From Acidimicrobiaceae bacterium (GTDB taxonomy: Bacteria > Actinomycetota > Acidimicrobiia > Acidimicrobiales > Aldehydirespiratoraceae): a stretch of 64,000 nucleotides of DNA. The DNA lies in assembly GCA_009844405.1 (NCBI GenBank), contig VYBO01000130.1, forward strand, positions 12-64,011, in the 5' to 3' direction. Positions 16,901-24,669 of this stretch are shown piece after piece. The notes under the pieces were generated by a model that ran no database searches, had not been told where the DNA came from, and saw nothing but the letters and a program-made list of their open reading frames with translations. The position numbers and the translations under genes are program-made. Numbering within the stretch: the first letter of the stretch is position 1; each line of letters starts with the position of its first letter.

Positions 16901-19200
16901 TCCTTCGCGTCCTGGATGGACGCGACCCGAAGCGCAGACGGAAATATCTTCACCCGGTTCTCTTCGCGGGTCAGCAGCTTCGCTTCCTCTAGCCATGCGA
17001 CCGCGGTGCGCACCCGAGTGTCATCTGTGGTGGAGTCGCGTCTGAAGTCGTCTGCTTCGTCCTCTGTGAGTATCTCCCCGGGGGAGGCCACCACCTCGCC
17101 TCGGTGGCTGCTGCGGCGGTCCAGCGCGCGCAGCGCCCTCAGCACGCCGTGTATCTCCCGTCGGGTGAGACGCGACCGCGCCGACATGCCGAACTGGCGT
17201 TCAACGTCGTCGTTGGTGTACAGCAGCGCGCAGTGTGCCTGCTGCTGGTCTCGCCCGGCGCGGCCTGCTTCCTGCAGGTAGTTCTCCAGCGACGACGGGA
17301 TGTCGGCGTGGATCACCAGCCTCACGTCGGGCTTGTCGATGCCCATCCCGAACGCGTTGGTGGCGGCGATGGCCCGCAGTTCGCCTGCGATGAAGCGCTG
17401 CTGGATGGTCTTTTTCTCCTCAGGCGCCAGGCCGGCGTGGAAGCGGTCGGCTTCGATGCCTTGTGCTTGAAGGAACTCGGCGACTTGCTCGGTGCGTCGC
17501 CGGGTCGCGCAGTAGATGATCGCTCCGCCGGGTTTGTCTGGCGGCAGATGATGGGTCAGCGTCGAGTGGATGTGTTGGAGCTTGGCGGGCTCAGATGTTG
17601 GGATCACGACGAAGTCGAGGTTGGTGCGGCGGCTGCCGCCGTCGAACACCTTCACGTCGATGCCCAGGTGCCGCTTGAAGTAGTCGCAGATCTCGGTCCT
17701 GACCTCTGGTTTGGCTGTCGCTGTCAGACACAGCACCGGCGGGGTGCGCTCGCTGCCGGCTCTCTCCTTGATGAACCGCCCGACATAGCGATAGTCGGGA
17801 CGGAAGTCGTGTCCCCACTTGGACAGGCAGTGGGCCTCGTCGAGCACCCAGGCACCGATCTCGCGCTGTTGCAGCGCGCTGCGTACGGACACGCTGCGGA
17901 GCTGTTCAGGGGAGATCAATAAGATCGCGGCGTCGCCGAGGCGGACCTGCTCAAGGGCTTCGGCTCGCTCCGGCATGGACAACAGCCCGTTGACGGTGAC
18001 ACAAGACGTGATGCCGTGGCTCCTGAGGCCCGCGGCCTGATCGGCCATCAGCGCCACCAGCGGCGACAGCACCACAGTCAACGCGCCCGTCTTGTAATAG
18101 CGCGACAGTGCCGGTATCTGATAGCACAGCGACTTGCCTGTGCCCGTCGGCAGGATCGCCAGCACGTCCTGGCTCTTCATCGCCGCCTCGACAATCGCCT
18201 GCTGCATAGGCTTGCCCGTGTCGGGGTCTTTGGGTTCAGGCCTGAACGCGTCGAACCCGAACAGGCGCTTGAGCTCCGACACAGGATTGTGGTAGCTGTG
18301 GCACCACCCGCAGCGCTGGTCGCTGCAGGCTTCGTCGCGCAGGCGCCTCACGAGCCGCCCGGCCGCAGGGAACTGGTGCCGCACCCAGGGAGGCATCACC
18401 GAGTTGGCCCCCGACACCGACAGCCACGCCAGCGCATACGCCAGCGCCCAGCCGTGCTCTGCCGCGTCCGCCACCGCCCGGCTCATCTCCGAACGACATG
18501 AGCGGCCCTCCATGCCGGCGCGGATCGCTTCGCGTGCTTCGGCGACCTCGGGCCGCTGCGAACCGCGCAACGCGGTGAAGAACAAGTCGAAGCCCTCTGC
18601 GGCGGGGCTCGTTGACAGCCAGTGCCAGGCCGTCACCAACTCCCGAGGCGCCTCAGCCAGCCTGTGCTGCTGGTCCTTGAACACCCGAAGCGCCAGCCGG
18701 GCGTCCAGGTAAGCGTCGTTGCGCTGGGAGCGCTTGAGCGGCGCGTCCTTGTAGTGCTTGACCAGATGGTGATACGGGTTCGCCGGGAACGCCAGCGGGT
18801 TCAGCCACAGAGTGTCCACCACAGGCATCCCCAACAGCCCCAGCCCGGGAGCGGCGGCCTGCAGATGGGGAAGGTCGAACTTGATGATGTTGTGACCCAC
18901 CACAAAGTCAGCACCCCCAGCCAGCCCGTCAAGCGCAACAAGCGCCTCACCAACAGGGCACCCATCTTTGGCCGATGTGACATCGTCACCGTCCAAGCAT
19001 GTGACGCGCCCGCCGGCCTGGCCCTCAGAACGGGACATGTGCGACCATTGGACGCTCTGGTCCGTGTCGGAGCGCGTTCCTGCCAGAGCGTAGATGCGGC
19101 CGTCATGCCGAGAGACTTCAAGGTCGATCGACAAGCAGCGAGACAACACTCGGTCGGCAGTGCTCATGACCTCAAGATGCCCGGTCGCCGCGTGCCCCAA
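13948..19200 (-). CDS. 1750-aa fusion protein: DnaQ-like 3'-5' exonuclease + RecQ-family SF2 helicase + UvrD/Rep-family SF1 helicase
   Basis: Exonuclease motifs: LSIDLEV (ExoI), VVGHNIIKFDLPHL (ExoII), NDAYLDARLA (ExoIII-like). RecQ: AILPTGTGKSLCYQIPAL (~aa 350), LDEAHCLSKWGHDFRPDY, ATNAFGMGIDKPDVRLVIH, QEAGRAGRD. UvrD: VLAGPGSGKTRVLVHRIAYL (~aa 1145), ILVDEYQDI, ENYRST, LLLLTAHRAKGLEFDHV, YVAMTRAK. Confidence 0.85.
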   Translation of the reverse strand: MGHAATGHLEVMSTADRVLSRCLSIDLEVSRHDGRIYALAGTRSDTDQSVQWSHMSRSEGQAGGRVTCLDGDDVTSAKDGCPVGEALVALDGLAGGADFVVGHNIIKFDLPHLQAAAPGLGLLGMPVVDTLWLNPLAFPANPYHHLVKHYKDAPLKRSQRNDAYLDARLALRVFKDQQHRLAEAPRELVTAWHWLSTSPAAEGFDLFFTALRGSQRPEVAEAREAIRAGMEGRSCRSEMSRAVADAAEHGWALAYALAWLSVSGANSVMPPWVRHQFPAAGRLVRRLRDEACSDQRCGWCHSYHNPVSELKRLFGFDAFRPEPKDPDTGKPMQQAIVEAAMKSQDVLAILPTGTGKSLCYQIPALSRYYKTGALTVVLSPLVALMADQAAGLRSHGITSCVTVNGLLSMPERAEALEQVRLGDAAILLISPEQLRSVSVRSALQQREIGAWVLDEAHCLSKWGHDFRPDYRYVGRFIKERAGSERTPPVLCLTATAKPEVRTEICDYFKRHLGIDVKVFDGGSRRTNLDFVVIPTSEPAKLQHIHSTLTHHLPPDKPGGAIIYCATRRRTEQVAEFLQAQGIEADRFHAGLAPEEKKTIQQRFIAGELRAIAATNAFGMGIDKPDVRLVIHADIPSSLENYLQEAGRAGRDQQQAHCALLYTNDDVERQFGMSARSRLTRREIHGVLRALRALDRRSSHRGEVVASPGEILTEDEADDFRRDSTTDDTRVRTAVAWLEEAKLLTREENRVKIFPSALRVASIQDAKDRLAGHKLEARYRDALVAVVETLINADPDEGISTDMLMEVSGLPPEGVTAALNDLEKLGLASNDTVMTAFVHVGVRRPSRSRLTEAADMEKRLIEMMRELAPDMNEGEQAPLNLRIAAQGLKDSGFPDARPEHVTRTLEGIARDGRGTGGAGGSVAVRKHAAETVMVTLKRSWGSLAGMAQRRRAAAAALLDHLLGELAAGSRGNDLLVTTTLGKLQQCINETLDADPQLQSDTKDERKLMERALLWMHEQEAIRLNRGLTVFRPAMTISLEAETRGFRQSDFEELQHHYDRSVQQIHVMAEYADLGRDRLADALRLALEYFELGDEEFVRRWLGHRRSEMNRETTAESWHTIVESLDNPRQRALVVDDREATNVLVLAGPGSGKTRVLVHRIAYLVRCRRQDPRGILALAYNRHAAAEIRRRLRELIGDDARGVMVLTCHALAMRLVGASFSTAASNQPRNEDIEIALKDTMKRATALLKGEELEGEEADPDAAEDTRTRLLAGFRWILVDEYQDIGPEAYELIAALTGRTVSDADTRLTIFAVGDDDENIYAFNGASPEFIRRFEQDYNARTFPLVENYRSTGHIIDAANAVIAPAHPRMKTGHAIRRNDQRSNDPPGGDWQSLDPVSDGRAQILAPAADPITQAQAAMAELTRLASLAADWDWARCAVIAREWSYLEPVRSICEQQNIPAQLANEGDLSVWHLRETQALRQEAQRHGTALIGNRELKAWIDRQQPGPWVDLLTQALEEHELETGGAQVPAASFIEWLAEWCRDTRRRQRGLLLLTAHRAKGLEFDHVAVLDGGWDRRSRREDADAPRRLYYVAMTRAKQTLTLTRLQTAHPFHRPLNDNPSVLWRPQAALPAPTPQMSRRYRTLTLKDVDLGFAGRKPPNNRLHRSIKILKPGDPLQTRPRRDRWELLDNKGTPVGALARSYKAPDNLPCTQATVAAIATWNKDRSDPQYRQHLHNDHWEVVIPELIFEAD

Positions 19201-19281
19201 CCAACGAAACCGAGGCTTCAGGTCTGCGCCATCACTGCCGAGATCACTCTGCTCCGCTGACTCGACAGGAACTGCAGTGTC

Positions 19282-19692
19282 TCAGATGGAAGGCGGGTGT
19301 CGGTCATCGAACCCAGCGGCCACGATCCGATAGATCGAACTTGCGCAAGACGATGCACGAGCAGCATCGCCTTCGGTCGGCTCGTCCCACTCCCCCGGAT
19401 AGCGCGACTCGACTCCCCACTGGGTCAATTCAGCCAGACCGGCCCCGTCACTTCGTATCCCCCAGTGGTCCGCGCACAGACTGCAAAGAGCGTCCAAATC
19501 ATGGGTGAACGGGATCCGAGCACCGTCCAGCATCAAGGCGGCCTTCAGTGCCTTCTCCGCCGCTTGACAGAACAGGTAACAGGCGTGTCGTGGCGCCGCG
19601 GGTGACTGGAGCAGTCTTTGCGCGACCTGGAGGTCCTCACCCGCGAAATGGAGCCAGCGAAACGCCTCAGCCACCCGCTCATCGCCGCTCAT
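19282..19692 (-). CDS. HEPN domain protein (toxin-type partner of MNT)
   Basis: ..AEKALKAALMLDGARIPFTHDLDAL.. and ..ESRYPGEW.. are the HEPN signature. The start (ATG 19692) overlaps the MNT stop by 14 nt. The ORF track extends to 19722. Confidence 0.75.
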   Translation of the reverse strand: MSGDERVAEAFRWLHFAGEDLQVAQRLLQSPAAPRHACYLFCQAAEKALKAALMLDGARIPFTHDLDALCSLCADHWGIRSDGAGLAELTQWGVESRYPGEWDEPTEGDAARASSCASSIYRIVAAGFDDRHPPSI

Positions 19693-20032
19693 AGACAACT
19701 GTTCCCGTCCGGAGCGCTTCATGCAGCAAAGTTCCTGAAATGTCGCGACGGCGTTCGATCTCAGCGGGAGTGGCCACGACTATGTCCTTGCTCGCGGGCA
19801 AGTCCCGCAGTTCGTGGCGGATCGCAACCGCAACTCGGTGCTTGTGGACGGTCTCCTCGACCACGACGAGAAGGTCTATATCGCTGTCGCTGTCCGCTTC
19901 GCCCCGCGCCCTGGACCCGAACAGCACAACTCGCTGAGGCGCGAAACGACTCACAATTCGCCGAACTGCGGCATCTACGGTCGCATCAATCACAGGATTG
20001 GACTCGGCGGCCAGCGTACCCACAGCAACCAA
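19679..20032 (-). CDS. Minimal nucleotidyltransferase (MNT, antitoxin-type partner of HEPN)
   Basis: Pol-beta NTase motif VVLFGSRARGEADSDSDIDLLVVV in a 117-aa protein. Confidence 0.8.
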   Translation of the reverse strand: MVAVGTLAAESNPVIDATVDAAVRRIVSRFAPQRVVLFGSRARGEADSDSDIDLLVVVEETVHKHRVAVAIRHELRDLPASKDIVVATPAEIERRRDISGTLLHEALRTGTVVYERR

Positions 20033-20386
20033 CCCTACCGCCTCGACCCTGTGGCCAGCCCAGCGTTGCGAGCCCCGAACTCACCGAAGACCGCTCAGCC
20101 TGCTTGGTGGTAGGGATGCTCATCTCCGACAGTACTCAAGTCAAGTGACTGGCTTTCGCGGGGTTGCGCTCCTATGCGTTCCTGGTTCTTGAATGCCGGG
20201 TCGTGGCTGCCGTCGTCGGTCTGGTTCGGCGAGGTTCGCGAGGTGGCGTTCGCGGGCGGTTTGGTGTGAGCTTGGCCACGTGACACGATCATCTTTGCGG
20301 CCGATCTTGGCCACGCGGGCCTTGGTTCTGGTTGTGCTGGCCGGGTTGGCGGCTTCGGCTCTGGTTCACGCGCCGCTCGTCGCTGC

Positions 20387-20768
20387 TCAGGCTGGCACAG
20401 AGGTCGGGATGTCGAGTTCTCTCAGCAGCTTCACGCGGACCATCTTGAGCGCGTAGGGGAGGTCGCTGTGGTGCAGCGCCCGCTCGTGGTTGGGGCGGTG
20501 GCGCAGCTTGGGCATCGCGGCCAAAGCCGCTGCGGTGGGGTCGCTCTCGCGCAGGCCGCGGCCCATCGCGTACTTCATTGTGGTGGAGATCCGTTGTGTG
20601 GTGCGACGGGCAAGTTTCGGGGCGGTCCGACACCCGGTCAAGCACCGCCACCACATCGGCCGCGGCCACCTCCGCGGCCGGCATCGCCCCGATCGTCGCG
20701 TCGATGTGGTTCCTCAGCAGTGACCGCCACGACTGTTCCGTGTTGCCCGCCGTGACACCCCCAGTCAC
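20387..20768 (-). pseudogene. Tyrosine integrase remnant (N-terminal arm/SAM-like region only, frameshifted)
   Basis: Frame A reads ..[36 protein letters not shown]... Frame B continues ..[60 protein letters not shown].., the typical N-terminal third of actinobacterial P4-like integrases. The catalytic R..HxxR..Y domain is absent. It lies adjacent to the right att-like repeat. Confidence 0.65.
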
Positions 20769-20779
20769 AATAGGGTGTG

Positions 20780-20796
20780 AGTCCCCATTCGGGCTC
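20780..20796 (+). repeat. Direct repeat (att-like), right copy
   Basis: AGTCCCCATTCGGGCTC matches 16/17 nt of the tRNA-Thr(CGT) 3' end, 12 nt outside the integrase remnant. Confidence 0.55.
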
Positions 20797-20826
20797 CCTC
20801 AACCCCGTTTCTCGAAGAGGCGGCTA

Positions 20827-21420
20827 GTGGCCGACCAGGCAACCTTCGCGGACGACGCCCTGCCGCTGATGCCGGCGCTGTACTCGGCGGCGCTGCGGCT
20901 GACCCGCAACCCGTCAGACGCCGAGGACCTGGTGTCCGAGACCTACCTGCGGGCCTACCGGTCCTATGGCACGTTCACGGTGGGAACCAACCTGAAGGCG
21001 TGGATGTACCGCATCCTCACCAACGCCTACATCAGCGAGTACCGGCGCCGCCAGCGACGACCCGCCGAGACCGACCTGGGCGATGTGGAGAACCTCTACC
21101 TGTACCGCCGCCTCGGCGGTGACACGGCCGCACGGCTCGGGCGCAGCGCCGAGGACGAGCTGGCCTCGCTGTTCACCGAGCACGAGGTGAGGCAGGCGGT
21201 CGAGGACCTTCCCGACTACTACCGCCTGCCCGTGCTTCTCGCCGATGTGGAGGGGTTCTCCTACTCGGAGATAGCGGAGATCCTCGATGTTCCCATCGGC
21301 ACCGTCATGAGCCGCCTGCATCGGGGAAGAAAACAGCTCCACAAGAGGTTGTACGACTTCGCCGCCCGCCACCGGCTACTCCCGCAGGAGCCAGAGGCCG
21401 GACCGGACGACAGGAGTTGA
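20827..21420 (+). CDS. sigH: ECF sigma factor, SigH/SigR-like
   Basis: GTG start. Region 2 (..[39 protein letters not shown]) and region 4 (..[44 protein letters not shown]). Followed by a ZAS anti-sigma gene. Confidence 0.85.
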   Translation: MADQATFADDALPLMPALYSAALRLTRNPSDAEDLVSETYLRAYRSYGTFTVGTNLKAWMYRILTNAYISEYRRRQRRPAETDLGDVENLYLYRRLGGDTAARLGRSAEDELASLFTEHEVRQAVEDLPDYYRLPVLLADVEGFSYSEIAEILDVPIGTVMSRLHRGRKQLHKRLYDFAARHRLLPQEPEAGPDDRS

Positions 21421-21423
21421 CCC

Positions 21424-21660
21424 GTGGCCTGTGACTGCGACGACATCTGCCGAGACCTTCACCTCTACCTCGACGGCGAGGCCACCGTTGCGGTCCGCAC
21501 CGTTATCTCCGCCCACCTCGAGTGCTGCCCCTCCTGTGCCGACGCGTTCCATTTCGAATCGCAGGTCCGGATGGCGGTGGCCCGCTGCTGCTGCGAGGAG
21601 CCGGTTCCGGAATCGCTGCGAGTGCGCGTGCTGCGAGCCATCTACACTGCGGACCCATGA
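21424..21660 (+). CDS. rshA: Zinc-binding anti-sigma factor (RshA/RsrA-like, ZAS family)
   Basis: 78-aa ORF with HLECCPSC (HxxxCxxC) and an N-terminal Cys. It starts 4 nt after the sigH stop. Confidence 0.8.
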   Translation: MACDCDDICRDLHLYLDGEATVAVRTVISAHLECCPSCADAFHFESQVRMAVARCCCEEPVPESLRVRVLRAIYTADP

Positions 21661-21691
21661 CCTTCGCCGGCCTCCTGATCCCGCCGCCCCG

Positions 21692-21823
21692 ATGACCTTC
21701 GCCGGCGTCGTATGGCACTTCTGGATCGCGGTGCCGCTCGCCGTGGCCGGCATCGTCTCGATCGTGGCGACCATCGCCGGCTACCTCCAGAAGGTCACCT
21801 ACAAGCGATACCCGAGGGACTGA
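21692..21823 (+). CDS. Small hypothetical membrane peptide (43 aa)
   Basis: MTFAGVVWHFWIAVPLAVAGIVSIVATIAGYLQKVTYKRYPRD has one TM span. Its first 15 nt are duplicated 35 nt upstream. There is no other support. Confidence 0.3.
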   Translation: MTFAGVVWHFWIAVPLAVAGIVSIVATIAGYLQKVTYKRYPRD

Positions 21824-21833
21824 GTCCCACCGC

Positions 21834-22976
21834 ATGGACGCCCACGCCGAGGGCTCCGTCGATCTCGACGGTGCTGTCGATCTCGACGGTCCCAACGACC
21901 CTGGAGACCTTGACGACCCCATCGACTGGGACCTGGCCCGCCGGGTTGCGGTGCGCACCGCCCGGCGCGAGCCCTACGCCGCGCCGCGCTGGCGCGACGG
22001 CCTGGCCGAGGACTTCGCCGAATGCACTGAGCAGGCCGAGGGGCTGGTGGCCGAGTTCACCGGCCTGCGGTCGCTGTCGGGACCGGCCCGGGGCAGGGTG
22101 ACCGACCGGGTCGGTTGGATCGACGCCAACCTGGCCTCGTTCCAGCGTCTGCTGAAGCCTCTCGCGGCCAAGCTCGGCACGGGCTCGGACGGGATGCTGG
22201 CCCCGATCACCCGGCGGGTGGCCGGGGCTGAGCTCGGCGTCATGCTGGGCTGGATGTCCACGCGGGTGCTGGGCCAGTACGACCTGCTGATCATCGAGGA
22301 CGACAAGCCCGAAGACCAGGACATCGTCTACTACGTGGCCCCCAACGTCGTGTCGCTGGAGAGCAAGTACGCCTTCGACCCGGCTGAGTTCCGGCTCTGG
22401 CTGGCGCTCCACGAGGTGACCCATCGGGCCCAGTTCACCGGCGTCGACTGGATGCGGCCGCACTTCATCGGCCTCGTCGAATCGGTGCTCGACTCGGTGG
22501 ATCCCGACCCGAAGCGGATCGCGGCGGCCGTGCGGCGGGTGGCGGAGGCCCGGCGCCGCGGCGAGGACCCGCTGGCCGCCGGCGGGGTCATGGCCCTGTT
22601 CGCCTCGGAGGCACAGGTGGAGACTCTGGAGCAGCTCGCCGGTCTCATGAGCCTCCTCGAGGGCCACGGCGACGTGACCATGGATCGAGCCGGCGAGGGC
22701 CTGGTCCCTTCCGCTCCGCGGTTCGGTCGGGTGATGCGCAGGCGACGGGAGTCGGTGCGGGGGTTCGCCAAGTTCTTTCAGCGGGTGATCGGCCTCGACG
22801 CCAAGATCAAGCAGTACGCCGAGGGCGAGCACTTCATCTCCTCGGTCGAGGAGGTCGGCGGCATGGTCCTGCTCGACCGTGTGTGGGAGAGTCCCGACAA
22901 TGTTCCCGGCATCGCCGAGATCCGCAACCCGCGCGACTGGGTCAGTCGCATGAGTGTCACCGAGGCTGCGGCCTGA
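21834..22976 (+). CDS. Zinc-dependent metalloprotease (DUF2342 family, Rv3626c-like)
   Basis: HEVTHRAQF (HExxH) motif, and a conserved position upstream of tilS-hpt as in mycobacteria. Confidence 0.75.
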   Translation: MDAHAEGSVDLDGAVDLDGPNDPGDLDDPIDWDLARRVAVRTARREPYAAPRWRDGLAEDFAECTEQAEGLVAEFTGLRSLSGPARGRVTDRVGWIDANLASFQRLLKPLAAKLGTGSDGMLAPITRRVAGAELGVMLGWMSTRVLGQYDLLIIEDDKPEDQDIVYYVAPNVVSLESKYAFDPAEFRLWLALHEVTHRAQFTGVDWMRPHFIGLVESVLDSVDPDPKRIAAAVRRVAEARRRGEDPLAAGGVMALFASEAQVETLEQLAGLMSLLEGHGDVTMDRAGEGLVPSAPRFGRVMRRRRESVRGFAKFFQRVIGLDAKIKQYAEGEHFISSVEEVGGMVLLDRVWESPDNVPGIAEIRNPRDWVSRMSVTEAAA

Positions 22977-22990
22977 GAGGACCGCGTGTC

Positions 22991-23053
22991 TCCCGCTCCT
23001 GTTCGCTGCGCTCACGGGTCGCTCGGGCCACGGCCTCGCGCCGCTCCGCCTCT
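22991..23053 (+). repeat. Dispersed intergenic repeat, copy 1
   Basis: TCCCGCTCCTGTTCGCTGCGCTCACGGGTCGCTCGGGCCACGGCCTCGCGCCGCTCCGCCTCTG. Near-identical cores occur at 26913, 37091 and 55383 (reverse). Confidence 0.8.
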
Positions 23054-23968
23054 GTGACCGGGACGCCCAGCGGAGCGGATGCGGGCGCGAGCATCGATTC
23101 TCTGCTGGCTCGCTGCACCTTCCCCGCGCCTGGCGCCTCCGTGGCCTGCGGTCTGTCCGGCGGCCCCGACTCCGCCGCCCTGATCGCGCTGGCGACCGCA
23201 GCCGGGCTGGAGGTCACCGCCTGGCATGTGGACCACGGCCTGCGGCCCTCGGCGCGCGCCGACACCGACGCGGCCCGAGCCATCGCGGACCACTTCGAGG
23301 CAGGTTTCGAGCTGCGCCGCGTGCGGGTGGATCCCGGTCCCAACCTGGAGGCGAGAGCCCGGGCCGCTCGCTACGAGGAATTGCCCGACGACGTGCTGGT
23401 CGGCCACACCGCGGACGACCGGGCCGAGACCGTGCTGTTCAACGTCGGCCGGGGCGGGGGACTGGCCGGCGCGGCTGCACCTCACGCTGGGGTGGGCCGT
23501 CCCCTGCTGGGACTGCGCCGCTCCGAGACCCACGCCCTGTGCGAGCGGCTCGGCCTTGCCACCGTTCACGACCCCATGAACGACGACTCGTCGTTCTCCC
23601 GGGTGGCCATCCGCAACGAGGTGATGCCTGCATTGGCGAGCGCTCTCGGGCGCGACCCGGTTCCCCTTCTGAATCGCCACGCCGACCTGGCTTCCCAGGC
23701 GCTGGAGGTGATCGCCGGGTTGGCCGCTGAGATCGACCCCACCAGCGCGGCCGCCCTCGCAGCCGCACCGAGAGCGGTGGCGGCCGAGGCGCTGCGGAGT
23801 TGGATCGCCGAGGCCGTCGGCTCGGCCCCGACAGCCGCCTCGATCGGCCGCGTGCTCGACGTTGCCGCCGGATGCAGCGTCGCCACCGAGATCAGCGGGG
23901 GTCATCGAGTGGCCCGCACTGCCGGCCGCCTCCGCATCGAGCTCCGCACTTCCGGTCCGTCCGCCTGA
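23054..23968 (+). CDS. tilS: tRNA(Ile)-lysidine synthase
   Basis: PP-loop ACGLSGGPDSAAL and ..LVGHTADDRAETVLFN... The GTG start at 23054 was chosen just after the repeat element; the start is uncertain. Confidence 0.8.
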   Translation: MTGTPSGADAGASIDSLLARCTFPAPGASVACGLSGGPDSAALIALATAAGLEVTAWHVDHGLRPSARADTDAARAIADHFEAGFELRRVRVDPGPNLEARARAARYEELPDDVLVGHTADDRAETVLFNVGRGGGLAGAAAPHAGVGRPLLGLRRSETHALCERLGLATVHDPMNDDSSFSRVAIRNEVMPALASALGRDPVPLLNRHADLASQALEVIAGLAAEIDPTSAAALAAAPRAVAAEALRSWIAEAVGSAPTAASIGRVLDVAAGCSVATEISGGHRVARTAGRLRIELRTSGPSA

Positions 23969-24099
23969 CCGGTCTCCGTGGGCCGTCCCGACGAGCTTCT
24001 CGGTTATCCGCCAGTGCGGTGGTCTCTCGACAGAAGTTCGAGGCCGATAGCGCTCGACCGGCCCGCATCCGCACCGGCAGTGCCCGGTATGGTGCCTGG

Positions 24100-24669
24100 A
24101 TGAGCTTGGCGCCGGAGCAGCCCGCGGCGCAGATGCCGAAGCCGCCGGGGTCGGTCGGCCGCGCCATCATCACCCCCGAGGAGCTGCGAGCCCGCGTGGA
24201 GGCGATCGGCGCCGAGATCACCGCCGACTACCAGGGCCGTCCCCCGTTGCTGGTCGGCGTTCTCAAGGGCGCCTTCGTGTTCATGAGCGACCTGGCCCGA
24301 GCCATCGACCTGCCGGTCGAGATCGACTTCATGGCCGTGTCGTCCTACGGGCTCAGCACCGAGTCCAGCGGAGTGGTCCGCATCATCAAGGACCTCGACA
24401 CCGACGTGCGGGACCGCCACGTCGTGCTGGTGGAGGACATAGTCGACTCCGGCCTCACCACCGACTACCTGGCCGAGTTGCTGAAGGCCCGGCGTCCGGC
24501 CAGCTTCGAGATGTGCGCCCTGCTCGTGCGGGAGGACGCCCGCACCGAGGGCATCCGCTACGTCGGATTCTCCGTGCCGGCCGACTGGCTCGTGGGCTAC
24601 GGCCTGGACGTGGGGGAGCGCTACCGCGAGCTGCCCTCGGTGCATCTCTTCGATCGGGACGACGCATGA
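24100..24669 (+). CDS. hpt: Hypoxanthine phosphoribosyltransferase
   Basis: ..LLVGVLKGAFVFMSDL.. and the PRPP motif HVVLVEDIVDSGLT. Sits in the tilS-hpt synteny. Confidence 0.9.
   Translation: MSLAPEQPAAQMPKPPGSVGRAIITPEELRARVEAIGAEITADYQGRPPLLVGVLKGAFVFMSDLARAIDLPVEIDFMAVSSYGLSTESSGVVRIIKDLDTDVRDRHVVLVEDIVDSGLTTDYLAELLKARRPASFEMCALLVREDARTEGIRYVGFSVPADWLVGYGLDVGERYRELPSVHLFDRDDA

Larger units (their letters stand above)
12688..20796. mobile_element. tRNA-Thr(CGT)-associated genomic island (decayed integrative element)
   Basis: It starts right after the tRNA with an AT-richer junction. It is bounded by a 17-nt imperfect direct repeat, and a frameshifted, truncated integrase abuts the right repeat. 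Cargo is gene fragments plus defence-type genes. Confidence 0.65.

Noticed and set aside
20770-20826. SigH/SigR-type autoregulatory promoter (GGAAT-N18-GTT) upstream of sigH
   Set aside because: No convincing GGAAT/GTT pair at the right spacing could be found by eye. The GGGTGT...CCGTT resemblance is too weak, and the segment overlaps the att-like repeat.
21795-23015. 406-aa minus-strand ORF opposite the DUF2342 metalloprotease gene, and 26354..27781 opposite panC/coaX
   Set aside because: Antisense shadow ORFs with low-complexity, His/Arg/Gly/Asp-rich translation. The + strand genes carry diagnostic motifs (HEVTH, PTMGFLHAGH, DVGNT).
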